From Emiliania huxleyi CCMP1516 (taxonomy: Eukaryota), in assembly GCF_000372725.1 (NCBI RefSeq), contig NW_005201792.1, positions 1,057,440 through 1,121,439 on the forward strand: DNA of 64,000 nt. Reading direction: 5' to 3'. A model generated the notes under the pieces. That model was given only the letters and a program-made list of their open reading frames with translations, did no database searches and was not told the origin of the DNA. This document shows, one piece after another, positions 22,770 to 36,176 of the stretch. A program made the position numbers and the translations under genes. Each line of letters opens with the position of its first letter. Positions within the stretch are counted from its first letter, which is position 1.

Positions 22770-22781
22770 CACACACACACA

Positions 22782-22817
<36 letters not shown>

Positions 22818-22818
22818 T

Positions 22819-22889
<71 letters not shown>

Positions 22890-22892
22890 CAC
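22770..22892. repeat. (GCAC)n microsatellite
   Basis: Direct reading. Confidence 0.95.
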
Positions 22893-23314
22893 GTCCCAAC
22901 TCCCCAGAAATCCCGAGGAGCCGTGCAGTGCCTAGATAAGTCTGTGTGCTGTGTGGTGGACGCCCTCCGAGCGGGGCGGGGTCTGCCCGCGTCGGGTTGC
23001 TGCCCTAATCCCACCAGGGGTTGTCTGCTCTATTTATTTATTTGTACCATACCCCCTCTTGTGTTTGGCGGTTGTCGCACTCGCCGGGGGTGAAGCGAAA
23101 AAAGCGTCTTGGTGTATGGTGAGGGCTTTTGTGGGGACCCTGCTCCCTGGAGCCTGGTGCTGGTCTCCGTTCTTCGTCTTCTGACAACATTGTGATATTC
23201 GAATCCTAGCTCTCTACGATTCTCAAAGAATGCGCACCACCGGCGCGGACCCCTGCGTGTGACAGTGGCACAGCAGTCAGCACACGGTGCCGGACAACTC
23301 TCGCCGATGGGGTC

Positions 23315-25579
23315 TCACGACCCTCCGACCTCGCTGCCGGCCGCCGGCGCGCACCCGTGCTCGTCCGCGTCGTACTCCTTGCGGCCGACGTTGTGCGGCT
23401 TGACGCTCGACAGCCTACAGCAGCCAGCCACCGCGTGAGGCGCCCCACGCCGCGCAGAGACAGGCACTCTGCAGCACGGGAGCCTGTTCGGGTCCGGCTG
23501 GCCGGGCGGCGCGCCCTGGGTGGCGGCGAGGTCGGCGAGACTCGTCACCGGCGGGCGGCGGCGGGGCGCGGTGGAGCATGGCTCGCCTGCCGTGTGCATT
23601 AGCTCACGGTGTTAACACAGCGCACCGCAGCTGCATCGATGCGGGAGTGGGACCGCCTGTCTGCAGGAGTGGTGCCTGTCTGCAGGAGTGGTGCCTGTCT
23701 GTCCGCCCGTGAGTGCAGACCAGCGTGGAGCGCGTGCGCTCTCGAGCGGTGCAGCGCCGGTGCTTGTGGCCGGCTGTGTCTGTCAGCTCGCGCATCTAGA
23801 AGGAGGCGGACAGCAGAAGCCGCCCGTGCGAGGGAGGCAGTGCTCGCACACGAGGTGGAGCTTGTTGCAGTCGATGTTTCCGCAGTTGACGAAGGCCTGC
23901 GGGCGGGGGCGGGGGCGGGCGGATGCGGGTGCGGGCGGGTGCGGGTGCGGTGCGGGTGGGTCGCGGCCGGTGCGGCGGTCGGGTCGGGGCGGCGGCGGGC
24001 TGCGCTGCCTCGGTCGGGGCTCCGCAGTGGACGCACTGTCCGACCACCTCGGACGAGGCGCCCCCGAGCGGCACCTGCGAGGTGTCCAGGACGTGTCGAG
24101 GGGCGTGCACAGGGGGCGTGCACAGCGGCGTGCACAAGCGGCTGCATCTCGGCTGCACCCTGTTCCGGCGATGGAATCTCCCGGCTACACCTCGGCTGGA
24201 CTCGGCTTGTCTCTCGGCTGCACCGTGTTCCGGCGGTCGAAGACGAAGAGCGAGCCCTTCCAGCGGGGCGGCGCCTCCTCCGCCGCCGCGTGGGCGTTGC
24301 CGTAGTGCTGCACGCCGCCCTGCAGCTTGTACACCTTCTCGAAGCCCGCCGCGCGCAGCCGTGCGCCAAAGTACTCGCATCGGATCCCGCCCGTGCAGTA
24401 CATCATCACCTGCTCTTGTTCTCATCACTTGTGAGTCTCACCGTCGGTGTGGCGGTGGTCCCGCGCAGCCCCTCCCGCACCGGCGTCTCGGCGCGCTCCT
24501 CAGGGTCGGAGGGAAGGCCGTACGCCTGGAGGGCGGCGCAGAGGCGGCGCAGGTCAGCCGGAGGGCAAGCGACAGAGGGTCCCGAGTCGGAGAGGCGGCA
24601 GCGAGCTCGAGCAGCGTGCGCCTCCTCGTCCGACTGCGCGAAGGTGTCCGGCGACGGGCGCGCCGCGCCTGCCCGCCGAGGAGGAGGTGCAGCCGAGATG
24701 CAGCCGAGGTGCGGCCGAGGTGCGGCCGAGGTGCGGCCGAGGTGCGGCCGAGGTGCGGCCGAGGTGCGGCCGAGGTGCGGCCGAGGTGCGGCCGAGGTGC
24801 GGCCGAGGTGCGGCCGAGGTGCGGCCGCGCCGTCGAATCGTCCGACGTCCCACTCGTACCCGTTCCGCACGTCCAGCACGATGGGAGCACCGCCGCCTCC
24901 GCCCTCCTCTCCGCCGCCGTCTGCCTTAGCGAGCAGCTCCTCCCACTCGGCCGGGCTGACGTCCCTCCCGCGGTCCTAGTCAGAACCAGTGCTGTCACTC
25001 CCTCTCGTAGAGGGGACGGTGTGCACGGCTGACGTCCCTCCCTCGCTCCTGCAGGGACGCCACTCTGCCCGAGGCGCCGCCGCCGAGCAGCTCGCCGCTC
25101 GGCACGAGGCTGCGGTGCTTCACGCGCAGGCGAGGGAAGGCGAGCTCGTCGCACGGGTCCTCCTTGAAGAGGATGGGCTCGGGCGCGGCGCCCGGCCCGA
25201 GCTGGTCGTGGCAGTACGCGCGGTATTCGGCGCACTGCTCTGCGGCGCCCGAGACCTGCGCGTTGATGCCGTCTTCGCAGAGGTAGACGCGGCCAACCAT
25301 CCCTCGCTTTGTGAGGAAGGCGCGGTGCGACTCAACCGCCTCGTCCGGCTGGGCGATGGGCGAGATGGCGTAAAAGGCGAGCGCGCGGTACGGCAGCGTC
25401 GCGTCCAGCTTTGGGTTGATGGAGAGGACGGGAGCCGGGACGGGCACGGCCGCTCGGATGGCGGCTGCAGCCGTGACGAAGCGGAGACTGGCGCAGCCGG
25501 TGCCAGGCAGCCTTCGCGCGGCGCCAAACTGGCACGACAGCAGCAGAGCTAGCTGTCGCACAGGAGGACGCAGCAACAT
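23315..25579 (-). CDS. trhO: Rhodanese-domain tRNA uridine(34) hydroxylase, TrhO/UPF0176 family, probably organelle-targeted; many introns
   Basis: GRVYLCEDGINAQVSG, AFPRLRVK, VLDVRNGYEWDVGRFDGA, MYCTGGIRCE, VYKLQGGVQHY, WKGSLFVFDRR, C..CG.P, NCGNIDCNKLHLVCEHC...GFCC. Long N-terminal extension. Confidence 0.9.
24688..24826. repeat. 11-bp minisatellite (GCGGCCGAGGT)n inside a TrhO intron
   Basis: About 12 tandem copies. Confidence 0.95.
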
Positions 25580-25689
25580 TCAGGCCTGCCCGATCCCAAC
25601 AGTTATTGAGCTGAGCGCGCTCTCCATGGCAGAGGCAGCCTTCAGCGGCGAAAAGAATTTTGTTAGGGGTCGCGAAAAGAAATCAAAAC

Positions 25690-25800
25690 GGCATGGTACG
25701 GGACCCCTCGATCGTCTCGCCCTCCCTCGCTGGTGTGCTCATCGGGGGGGGGGGGGGGGGCATAACAAACACGGTCAGGATCGAGGTGCACGCCGCTGAG
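25690..25800 (+). repeat. Dispersed repeat of about 110 bp (inverted copy at about 56875-56978)
   Basis: GTACGGGACCCCTCGATCGTCTCGCCCTCCCTCGCTGGTGTG.TCATC(G)n CATAACAAACACGGT.CAGGATCGAGGTGCACG present in both orientations. Confidence 0.9.
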
Positions 25801-26579
25801 GGACCCCTGAGGGTAGATCGAGCGGTGTCGTCCCCCCTCTCCATCATCTCACTGGGAGACGTCGACGGTGGTGGTTGACGGCCGCTTTTTTAGATAGCAA
25901 AAATAGAACCCGGGGCCAAGACGCACAAGACAGACAGTCGCGAAGGGAGAGACAGCAACGACAGTCAGAAGTGAGTGAGTGAGCATTCGAGAGAGAGCCA
26001 ACACACTGGTCGCTGCGAGCCTGTCACTGTCCCTTGTCAGGAGCAGGAGAACCCCCTGTGCCCCTGATCGTCCTTCCAAAATTCTGCTCTTGCAGGTGGG
26101 GACCCTGTCCTCCTCCCATCCATCGTTTGCGCTGTGTGTTTTCTTTCTTTCTTTCTGCGCACCACACTGGCACTAACCACTAACCAGGTACACCGCAAGA
26201 GGAATTTGTTTCGCCAAAAGAATTGTGATTCGAAATCCACGTGATCGTCTTAACTCCGCGCTTCTTTCCTCAGTCCCGTGCCAGTGTTGTGAAAGGGCGT
26301 TTTCTCGTAAAATTCTTTCTCCGGGGCGGGGTGGGGGTCCTGAAAAGCCGAAATCTAACGGTTTTTTACGTGGCCGGCGGGACGCGCGCAGACGACGCTC
26401 GCTGCGCCTGCGGCAGCAGGAGGGAGGGGCGCCGGCGGCGGCGAGGGAGGGTGGTGGGCCGTGGGCCGGTGGCGCGGAGGCGAGGAGACGCTGTCGCTCA
26501 CGCTGACCCGTGACGGCAGCCCTTTGATCCGCCAACTTTTCTTCATATCTGGGGCCTCCGGCGCCAGTGCGAAGTCTAG

Positions 26580-27350
26580 TCGCCTACGGGCACGCCCTCC
26601 GGGCATACTCCGAACTCCCACACGACAACACACGCGCGGCCGGCGCCTCTCATGCCCTTCTCCACGCACACCGCGTGAAAACTGCGCGTACGTCCCCGCG
26701 CGCACGCAAACACGCGTAGCGCCCAGAAGCCTGTGTCTCATGTGCGTCTGCCCTGTGCTGGCGCCCCATGGCCGTCCCGCGCCGCCCGCACCAGCCACGC
26801 GCCCCTCGCACCACCAGAGCAAGCCGCATATCCACCCACGCCGCGACGCGCGCGCCGCAGCACACCTCACCAGCACACCTGCGCCTTTTTGCGCCCTGTG
26901 CAGGCTCTGCAGACTGCTTCTGGCATCCCACAAGCGGCTGTACTAGGACGCGCCGCGAGTGCGACGGCACCGCGCAGGCCCAGGCGCGCACGCACGCCCG
27001 CACGCGCGCTCGCTCATCCGCCCAGTCTGCTGTGCACAGCCTGTCAGCCTGCCTGCACACACAGCATACAGCACCATGTGCACGCATACGCTTAGACGCA
27101 GCCCGCACCCCACAATAGCCTGCCTCAAGCCTCACCACGCCGTCTCGCGCACACCGCCAGCAGCCCGATCAGAGAAACTGCAGCGCGCGCCTCTGCACGC
27201 CTGCAGCTTCTCTGCATTCTGAGACCTTCTCAATCCACCCCGCCGCCGCGCCTCCCCGGGCACACACCGCAGCAGTGAATATGTGAGTCGAAGTATGGGA
27301 TATCGACCGAGCCCGCGCCTGCCGCACACGTTTCCGTTTTTTACTGCCAT
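26580..27350 (+). mobile_element. Dispersed non-coding element of about 0.8-1 kb (family B); inverted copy at about 43730-44700
   Basis: Long collinear identity, e.g. CGGCGCCTCTCATGCCCTTCTCCACGCACACCGCGTGAAAACTGCGCGTACGTCCCCGCG and GAGTCGAAGTATGGGATATCGACCGAGCCCGCGCCTGCCGCACA. No transposase ORF recognised. Confidence 0.7.
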
Positions 27351-28266
27351 AAGCATAAAAAGAAAAAACACCATTAACAAACAGCGACGACCAGCAGCAA
27401 CGACCTTTACAGCAGCGTCCTGCCGAGTGTGTGTAGCACCGACGCAGACGCACCCCAGGCACTACACTACGACGGCTAGGCAGACCTCACCAGTCCGATA
27501 AGGATCAACTGGAAGGTTGAACCTCGAGCTTAGACAGAACGGGCGCGACAGACTCCAGGGGAGATCGCGCTCTACTCGGGGCACCAAGGAGGAAAACCGA
27601 AACCGTTTGGGTGCCCAACAAAAACCCAAACGCCACAGCCTAAAAGTCACACCTCCCCCCCACGTCCCCCCCCCCTTGGGGACGTAGCGCACGCCCTTAC
27701 TCGGAGAGAGTGGGGGGGGAGGGGGGGTGGGGGAATAGGAGGAGCCAACGAGCGCGGAGTAAGGTCCACAGTAGAGAGACAGGCATTTAAGGCGTAACTT
27801 CACCCTCGCTCACCTTGAGTATATCTAGGCGCCCTGGTGCAGTCGGTCTTCGGATCAGCGGCCAGCTTCCCATCTAGGGCAGGGAACCCCCAGCGACGCT
27901 AGTGTGGCCTACGGTAGCCTCAGCTTGTACGCGATCCCGGGGCAGGGGGGTGTGGACTCTAGAGCTCCAAGAAAGGATAGGGAGAGGAAGGGAGATTGGT
28001 GTGCCGGTTTTTCGCGTTAGCAATTTTTTTTTTCTTTGATCCGCCAAAAGCACCCAACTCTCTCTCTCTCTCTCTCTCCAAGATCCCCACAGTCCACTCA
28101 AAAGAAACCCCCTACCCACAAAACAAGAGCAGCGCCCACAAGCCCTCCCACTCACGAGTCGACTCAGCCGCTGTCGGCTGAGAGCAGTGAGCAATAGAGC
28201 AAACTCTGCCCAGCCTCTCTCCCTCAGACAGTCTTGCGATGGGCCGATCGTGTACCCGCCACTGCT

Positions 28267-28739
28267 TCAGCAAGCCACAACCACGTCGTGGCAGCTCATG
28301 AGGTACGCCAGCGTCACGGTCGCACCCTCCCCCACCGGCGCCGGAAGCTGTCGGTGGGGCGCCTCGTCCTCCGTCTCCATCTCCTCAGGCCCTCGGTTGC
28401 GGAGGGCGTCGCGGGCGGCGCAGCTCCCGAGCTCGCCGAGGGCCTTGAGCAGGCGCCGGCGAGGGCACGCGGAGCGGGCGACGGCCTCGAGGTCTGCCTC
28501 GCAATCGGCCTCGAGTCGCGCCACCAGAGACGCGACGACGTGCCTACACGCCCCTTGCAGTCTCGGGTGACCTCGGGCAACCTCGAGAGTCACATGCCCC
28601 ACGCACGCGGCGACACGCCTCTTGTCCGAGGCGAGCCTGCCGCTCCACGCCGGCCGGCCCCCGAGGAGGGCGCTCCAGGCCGTGCAGGCCGCGGGAGGCA
28701 AGCGGGGCCCGGTCGATGCGGGTGCGGGCAGGCCGTAGT

Positions 28740-28777
<38 letters not shown>

Positions 28778-31700
28778 AGCTCCGCGACGAACTTTTCAAG
28801 GAGAAGGAGGACCCACGGGTGGCTTGCGATCTGCGCGAGGGGCGCGCGGTCCGGACGGCGCTGCAGCGCGAGCAGGAAACACGCCAGCCCCGCCTGGGCG
28901 GGCCCATGCACCGCGACCAGCCCGCTGCACACGACCGCCTGGACCCTCGGAGCGTCTGCCGGCTGCCACAACGCCCCGGGCGGCGACGCATCGTGAGGTG
29001 AGGGCGTGCAGAGCTGGACGAGGAGACCGGCGAGGCGGAGGAGCAGCGCGGCGCGCGGCGTGTCGACCGCCTGCGGGGGGTGTTGGTGGAGCGGGCGCTA
29101 GCGAAGGTGCGGCGCTGGAGCCAGGCAGAGAGGGGTGAGTGGTGGCCCGCGCGCCTCGACTGGGATCGCCGAAAAGACTCGAGGGACCGACAGGCCGCAC
29201 GTGACGAGGACGGCGGCGGGGCTCGCCTGCCGGTCCGCGAGTCCCCTCGCCTGGTCTGCGCGCAGCAGCTGGACGAGGACCCCCAGGGCGCACAGCTGCA
29301 TCTCCTCCTCGTCGGAGGCTGACTCGGGGGTCGAGCGACGGCTGCCCCCACCGGAGCGGTCCGGCGTAGCAAGCGCAGCGACCTGCGCGAGCAAATCGCG
29401 GTCGGCGACCAGCGCTGAGACCACGTCGGGCACCGCCATCGCGCCGCCGCCGCCAACAGCGCAGTCGGCCACGTCGAGGGAAGAGTCGAGAGAGATCGCG
29501 AGCGAGACGTTGAGGAGGTTGAGGAGCTCCCGCCGGGCCGCGCCGTCGGCCGCGCTGCCAGGGCGGGCGTCGGGCCACGCCGTCGAAGGCGACGCGTTGG
29601 CGACGGGCTCCGGTCCGCACCCCATGCCGCACCCTATGCCGCACCCTATGCCGCCGCACCCAGGCTCTGCCGGGCCGGGGCGCAGCACCGAGTGAGCGCG
29701 CCGGAGTACGTTGTGAAAGCCCTGCCGCATTTGCAGGTGAAACTCGCGCCTGCTCTGGTCGCGCCCCGCAGAGTCCTCGGTCGAAGCGATGGAAGAGGCG
29801 AGCAAGCGGAAGACGAGGGCGAGGGCGGCGCCGTCCACGTCGGGGTGCAGGCAGAGCCGGCTGAGCGCCGGAGCGAGTCCAGCGGCGACGAGCATTGGGA
29901 AGATGCCCGGGTCGTCGGCACTGCGCGGCGGATTGTGGGGCGGCGGCACCAGCACGCGAGAGAGGAGGCGCAGCACGGCGAGAACAGCGTCGTCGCCGGC
30001 CTCGCGCGCCGCTTGCAGGTTGGTCGACAGGAGCGAGACGAGGAGGTGTGCCCCTACCTCGCCGCTCTCGCGGACGCCCTTGACCAAGTTGCGCCGGACT
30101 GACTCGCCTCCGGCCATCGACGCGCGCGTTGTCGTCTCGGAGTAGCACCCTCTCGCCCACGCCAGCAGCATTCGCCACGTCTGCTCGCCCGCACCGGCCC
30201 CTCCGGCGGAGGAGAAAGCCCGCTCGGTTGGGGTGGCGGCAGCGCCCCACGGCACGATCGATGTTGGCGATGGCGCGCCCGAGAGCAGCCACGCCACGCA
30301 CTCTGCGTCCTGAAGTAGCGCGGCAGGGCTGCACTCGAGAAGCGCCAGCTGAAGGCAGTGGCAAGCCGCCTCACCGCTGTGGTGTAGCGCTTGCTGCGGC
30401 GAGTGAGTCGGGTGCAGCGGCGCCAAGCACGCGCGCGCGAGGCGCAGCAGCGTCGCGACGGGGAGGCTGGCGTGCAGCGAGCCGCGCGGGACGGCGTGAA
30501 GGGCGAGCAGGATCTCCTCGATCTGGAGCTGCGCCTCGGGGTCGTGCGTGCTCCCCTCGACCTGTGCCCAAGGCGGCGCGCCTTCCTCGTGCTGGCCGCC
30601 GCGGGCAACCTCGAGGAGCAGGAGGAGGAGCTCGAGGGAGTACAGCGGGACCTACAAGCACGGCGCTCCGTCTCACCAGCCGATACAGGACAGGGCGCGG
30701 CTTTAGAGGCGCGGCGAGCCTCGTCGGTGGCGGCGCGCACGCGAGCGACGCAAGAGTGCAGGCCCGTGCAAGGCAACGTGAGCTCGACCCCGCCCGGCTG
30801 CCCGCCCGGCGGCTCGACGCGCTCGAGGGCGCCGAGCAGGGCAATGGCCAGGCGGGCGCTCGACTCGGCGGCGTCCTGGCGCGAGGAGAGGTCGAGCAGC
30901 CAGAGGCAGTCTCGCGTGTGCGCGTGGGCGAGGGCTCGCCGCTCGCCGCCCTCGAGCGAGCTGCCGCAGAGCATCGCCGCGAGCAGCTCGCAGGTGGAGG
31001 GGAGGAGCTGGGCGAGGGCGGCTGGCTCCTCCAACTGGTGCAGCGCGCCGAGCGAGCGCGGCACGAGGAGCGCGCACAAGTGGCAAAGGGCGGGGGCGTG
31101 CGCTGGGGAGGACCCTCTCGCCACGGCGGCGGCGAGCCTGCCCATCCCCGCCAGCGCGAGCGACGCGTGCGCCGCATCGGCGACGCCCGCGTCGATGCAG
31201 TCCCCGAGCAGGCCCGCACCGGCCTGGCAAAAGTCGAGGCAGGTCGGGATCTCGGAGGGGTGCGGCGAGTACCACTCGAGCAGCGCGACGGCGCAGCGGA
31301 GGCTCGCGTCCAGCTGGCGCAGGCAGCGGAGCTTGTCGGCCCAGCGGACGGCTACCGACGGGTGGAGCGCCTCGAGCAGCCGGGCGAGGAGCGAGTTGCA
31401 GCGAGGGTGCGGTGTGTGCAAGAGCTCGCCGAGCAGCGCCACGCACTGCTCCCGCAGGTGCTCCAGCTGATCCACCGTGGCGGACGGCGCGACACCGGCT
31501 GAGTCGACCGCCTGGTCCGTGCCCTGCCCAATGGGCCGGCACGCCTCGAGCAGGAAGGGGACGGTGTCCTCAGTGCAGAGGGCGCGCGTGCACCCCTGGC
31601 TGTGCAGCACCGCCAGCACGTCGACCGCAGCGAGCTGCAGCAGCGGGTCACCAGAGATGAGCGGCGCCTTGAGCGCGTCGAGCGGACGGGGGCGGCAGAT

Positions 31701-32577
31701 TCGGGCGGCGAGCTGCGGGTCGCTCGCCGCGAGGGCGGCGAGCAGCTCGCACATCTGCAGCGAGAGGCTTCTCCGCGGGGGCGCGCTCCCCCGGTGCGGC
31801 AAGCGGGCGAGGAGCTCGTCAATGTCGACGCCGCAACGGTGCAGCACGGAGGAGGCGCAGGCGCCGTGCGCCACGATTGTCTGGGCGAGGACTCGGAGCG
31901 CGACGCGCTCGAGGCTGTCCGCGTCTCCGAGGATTGCGCCCACGAGCACGTGCGTGATGCGGCTCTGCTCGACGAGGGCGTTGGCCGCGACCGTGGCCGC
32001 CTTGCCCTTGAGCAGGAGCAGCAGCATGCAGAGCAGAGGCAGCGCCGCGCCCGGGAGGCTGCCCGCCCCGCCGAGCAGGTCGGAGGCAGACTGGAGCATG
32101 CGCAGCTTGGCCTCGGCCACCAGCGACGAGGGCCCGAGCTGCTCCTCATACCGCACCGAGTGGGCGGCCAGCGCCCCGAGCAGAACCTGCGGGGGGAGGG
32201 GACACAGAAGACGGTGACAATGGTGTACGTGTACACCACACCGCACAAGGTGGGGGCATGGCGCAGCCGGCGAGCACGGCACGTGCGTAGTAGGGTGGCA
32301 CATCGCGCGCCTCCAAAAGCTCGGTCACCGCGTCGCTGAGCTCGGAGCCCCCGCTGAAGAGCGCAGGCAGCGCCGCGTCGATGCAGCGGATGAGCAGCGC
32401 GGGCTGGCGCAGGTCCTGCTCGCCGGTCGCCAGAGGAGTGGCCGCGTCGATGAGCGCGCGGACGCAGAGGAGGCGGTTGCTCAGTGGGCACACGAGGGAG
32501 AGGTCGAGGGCATTCAAGGTGGCGCCGACCCTTTCTGGCGTGAACAGGCCGGGCTCGACTGTGCTCGACCCGCTCAT
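28267..32577 (-). CDS. Large ARM/HEAT-repeat protein, putative MEI1/PRD1 (meiotic double-strand-break factor) homologue; multi-exon
   Basis: Long Leu/Ala helical ORFs joined by GC/GT-AG introns (first 32310-32187). LDALKAPLISGDPLLQLAAVDVL...LCTEDTVPFLLEACR resembles the conserved MEI1/PRD1 block as recalled. The gene is well supported; its identity is moderately supported. Confidence 0.6.
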
Positions 32578-33014
32578 CGCTGCTGTTGGCAAACGCGGCT
32601 CCGTCAGCGAGAAAACTCGCAGTGAGGTGTGGACTCGGCGTGAGATGGAGGGGCGGGGGCACGGGCCTTTACTCAAGTTTGGTGGGCTTTCCGTCCGCGA
32701 GAGATTGTCGCCGAGCACTCGACCGGTTGTCCGACCGATGGTGACTTTGCGAGCAGCCGCTGTCGGATCGTTTTTTTTTGCTTTGTTGCTATAGGTCGGC
32801 CCGCAGCGGCGGTGCCCGGTGCCGAACCTGTCGGACCTTATGTCTCACTGGCTTTAATCCCGGGCGCAAGGCCGGAGGGGGTCGGATCTCCGCGCCGGGG
32901 GGGGGGTGTTGTGTGTGCGCATGGATTTTGTTTGAGAAGGGTGTGTGCGCACGCTTCAGAACAAACAAAGGTATTGCTAAAAATCGAAATCTCTCACGCT
33001 TCAGCCATGGCTTC

Positions 33015-33131
<117 letters not shown>

Positions 33132-33255
33132 CTTCAGCAATCCACTCTGGTGTGTGCATGGATCCGAAGCGCCATGGATTGAAAAGGGTGTGACGTCTTT
33201 CGACAGCCTCAACGAGATCGTACTACACACAACCATGGAGAGAAACACGGCACGA

Positions 33256-33867
33256 CTACGTCAAAAACGGGTGGTGGTGGTGTGGCAGCAGGCCTCGGAC
33301 GCGCGCATACCGCTCGAGCTGGCTCGCCTGTTCGTCGAGCCTCCTCATCGTCTCGCTCCCCTTGAGGGGCCGTAGGGACCACGCGCGGTGTTGGTCCGAC
33401 GCGAGCACGAGCCCACCGCAGGGCGCCACCCCGCGGCTCTCCACATCCGACTGCGAGCTCCACACGTCAATCACCGGGCTCACCTCTGTCGTGCCGTCAG
33501 GCCGGTCCACGAGGGCGAGGGCAAACGCCGCGGAGCGCGTGGCATGCGCGTCCATCGCAGGGTTTCCGACCTTTCCGCTGCTTGTGCATACCTCTGCCTC
33601 GGCGGGCATGAGCTGCCGGATGCGCGGACCGCGAAAGAATGCCCGCGGGAGAAAGCCACTCTGCAACGCCCGCTCTGTGCTGCTGCCCCCCCGAGGAGTG
33701 TCAAATCGCTCCTCAAAATTGAGAATCATGGCGTCGTCCTCGGCTCCGAGCGAGTGGCGGCTATACTCGGCCGACTCGTCCGTCCGGAGGCCGGGGAGCA
33801 TGCAGTGGTTTTGCATAGCGCGCGACTTGACACGGTCCAGGAACTTTGTGGCTCCCAGAAAGTCGGC
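33256..33867 (-). CDS. Possible orphan exon or hypothetical protein between two microsatellites
   Basis: About 200 open codons with protein-like composition, preceded by a TAG| acceptor-like site at about 33868. No recognised domain. Confidence 0.3.
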   Translation of the reverse strand, partial: ADFLGATKFLDRVKSRAMQNHCMLPGLRTDESAEYSRHSLGAEDDAMILNFEERFDTPRGGSSTERALQSGFLPRAFFRGPRIRQLMPAEAEVCTSSGKVGNPAMDAHATRSAAFALALVDRPDGTTEVSPVIDVWSSQSDVESRGVAPCGGLVLASDQHRAWSLRPLKGSETMRRLDEQASQLERYARVRGLLPHHHHPFLT

Positions 33868-33927
33868 CTAGGAGACGGCTTTTACTGCAGGTGAGCAGTC
33901 TCGACAGGGGCCATGCGTTCACAGTGG

Positions 33928-34097
<170 letters not shown>

Positions 34098-35130
34098 TGT
34101 GAAGTGTCCTATGTGTTTGCGTCTCTGCGAGTAATGCCTCCGCGATGGCTCGTGCCGGTGTGTGTGCCAGTCCGCGCCAGTCCGCGCCCTTGTCGTGCCA
34201 GCAGAAAGAAAGAAAGAAAAGAGACAACCCAAGGGAGGGATGTCGTGCCAGCGTGCTGTGAGATGTACGTATGTATGTAGGAAGGTGAAGAACAGCCAGG
34301 CTCGGACTGGACACCAACGCGGTATGGGTGGACGCTGGACAGATGATGACGGCACGCACGAGCGACACACAGACACAAACAGGCTCACAAGACACACAGC
34401 CAGCTGGCTGCCACACACCCTGAGTCGGCGTACACATAACTCAAGGCCACATCCTCCCTGTCGCCCCCCCCAGCACTCCAAGGTGCCAAAGGAACAAACA
34501 AGCGCACAACAAACAACAGACGACAGCAAGTAACATGTGAGACTAGAGCAGGCTTGCTCCGCCTCTAGCAATCTCGCCGCCCGGCGAGGCACGGACGAGA
34601 CCGTGTGTGGGGTCTAGTGAGGTGTCTATGGACGCCCTCCTCAGAGGCTAGCGGCCAGCCGCTAGCCCTATCTGCTATCTCGCACTCACGGGCAGTGACA
34701 ATTCAATGTGTGAGTGTTTGCGAGCAGAGGCGCGTGGGCTAATTCTAGGCCGCACGTCGTGGCACTATGACGGAGGTAGACGTGCGGCCGCAGCGCGCCC
34801 GCCGCAGGCTCGGCGGTGCGCGCGTGTTAGCGAGAAAGTTGCGGGTAGAGCCATGCCCGACTTTTCGAAGGCGAGCCCCACCCCACGGATGCCGGCCGTA
34901 AAGAAAGAAAGAAAACAGACAACCCAAGGGAGGGATGGGAGGACGGCACGCCGCCACCACACAGGGATTTTAAGGCGAGGTGTGTGGTGCGCTAGCCGTC
35001 GCCCACCCTAGGGAGTCTGCCTCTTCCTATCTCTCTTCGCAGCATCCGTGCCTTGTTAGAAACCCAGGCGAGAATTCTTTTTGCGAGCGCACCTGCTGCG
35101 ATCGACTCCTCGCGCAGCACCACCGCCAAT

Positions 35131-35607
35131 ATGGCCCTGCTCGTGCTGCTATGGCCGTGTACGGCGATCATCGGCTGCTCGTCGCCTGGCTGCGCGCTGC
35201 TCGCGAGCGCTGTAGGAACGCTACGCTCTGCGGCAGGAACGCCTTGCTCTGCGGCAGGAACGCCTCGCTCTGTGATCACCCTTTCCGCAGAGCCGCCTTC
35301 GCTGCGTCCCTTTCTCGACAGGCTGCTCGCGTGCAGCAGTGAGGAGGATAGGAAGGCGAGCATGGTCACAGAGGTGAACCAGTGGTGGACGAGCGGCCCC
35401 GACGTCGCCCAGGCCAATGCCGATGAGCTGACTCGGCTCATGTCAGCACGCGGGACACGCATCCAGACCAGTGCGATCGCGGCCTACGAGCGGGGCGAGG
35501 ACACTTCTGAGGCATCTTCCGTGCTTCAGACGCTGGTCGATATGACGTTCCATGTCAAAATTATTGTGCGTGACCTGAAGAAGGCCGCTGCGGCGGGCGA
35601 CATCTAG
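35131..35607 (+). CDS. Hypothetical protein with signal-peptide-like N-terminus
   Basis: MALLVLLWPCTA..., three short SAAGTP-type repeats (CTCTGCGGCAGGAACGC), then a helical globular C-terminal half. Confidence 0.55.
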   Translation: MALLVLLWPCTAIIGCSSPGCALLASAVGTLRSAAGTPCSAAGTPRSVITLSAEPPSLRPFLDRLLACSSEEDRKASMVTEVNQWWTSGPDVAQANADELTRLMSARGTRIQTSAIAAYERGEDTSEASSVLQTLVDMTFHVKIIVRDLKKAAAAGDI

Positions 35608-36176
35608 CGAGGTGAAGCGATCGTGGCCAGTATGTGCGCTGCTCCATTGTCGAGTTTGCGCGAACGGCTTCGGTACGTTACGCGTCTACTTTTCTACGTC
35701 CTTAGTGTAGCTTTGTAGCCACGTACAGCACGCAGCTCAGGCATGCGGCGAGTGCGCGACACCCGCGACAGGGTCCGCAACCGCTGTAACACGCGGCGGG
35801 GGGCGGTCGCGGAGACCGCGAAACTCGTAAGGACACCGCCGCCCGCTGGGCCTGGCCCTGGGGCACCGCACTCAGTCTCGCAGACTGTGTCTACTGTCTG
35901 TCTCTCGAGCTTGTCTCTCTGTCACTGTCTCTCTCCGCTGACCCCTCTAGCTCACTAGCTCTCTTCGTTCCACAAAAGATTGATGATTGTTCGGTATTTG
36001 TTTCCAGCAAAAGGCAACTACCTTACACGCGACGTACGGCTCTTTAGGGCTATTTTCCCCGATCACACGTTATTCTGAACTCGTCACGGCTCCACAAAGC
36101 ATTGCGCCAGAACCTCCTCGCACGGCGCGGGCGCCTCGGGTGCCAAAGCGCGCAGCCGACGCAACGCGTTCGCCTA

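Noticed and set aside
32795..32910. GC-rich structured stretch considered as SRP RNA or tRNA
   Set aside because: No cloverleaf, T-loop/B-box or SRP helix-8 motif recognised.
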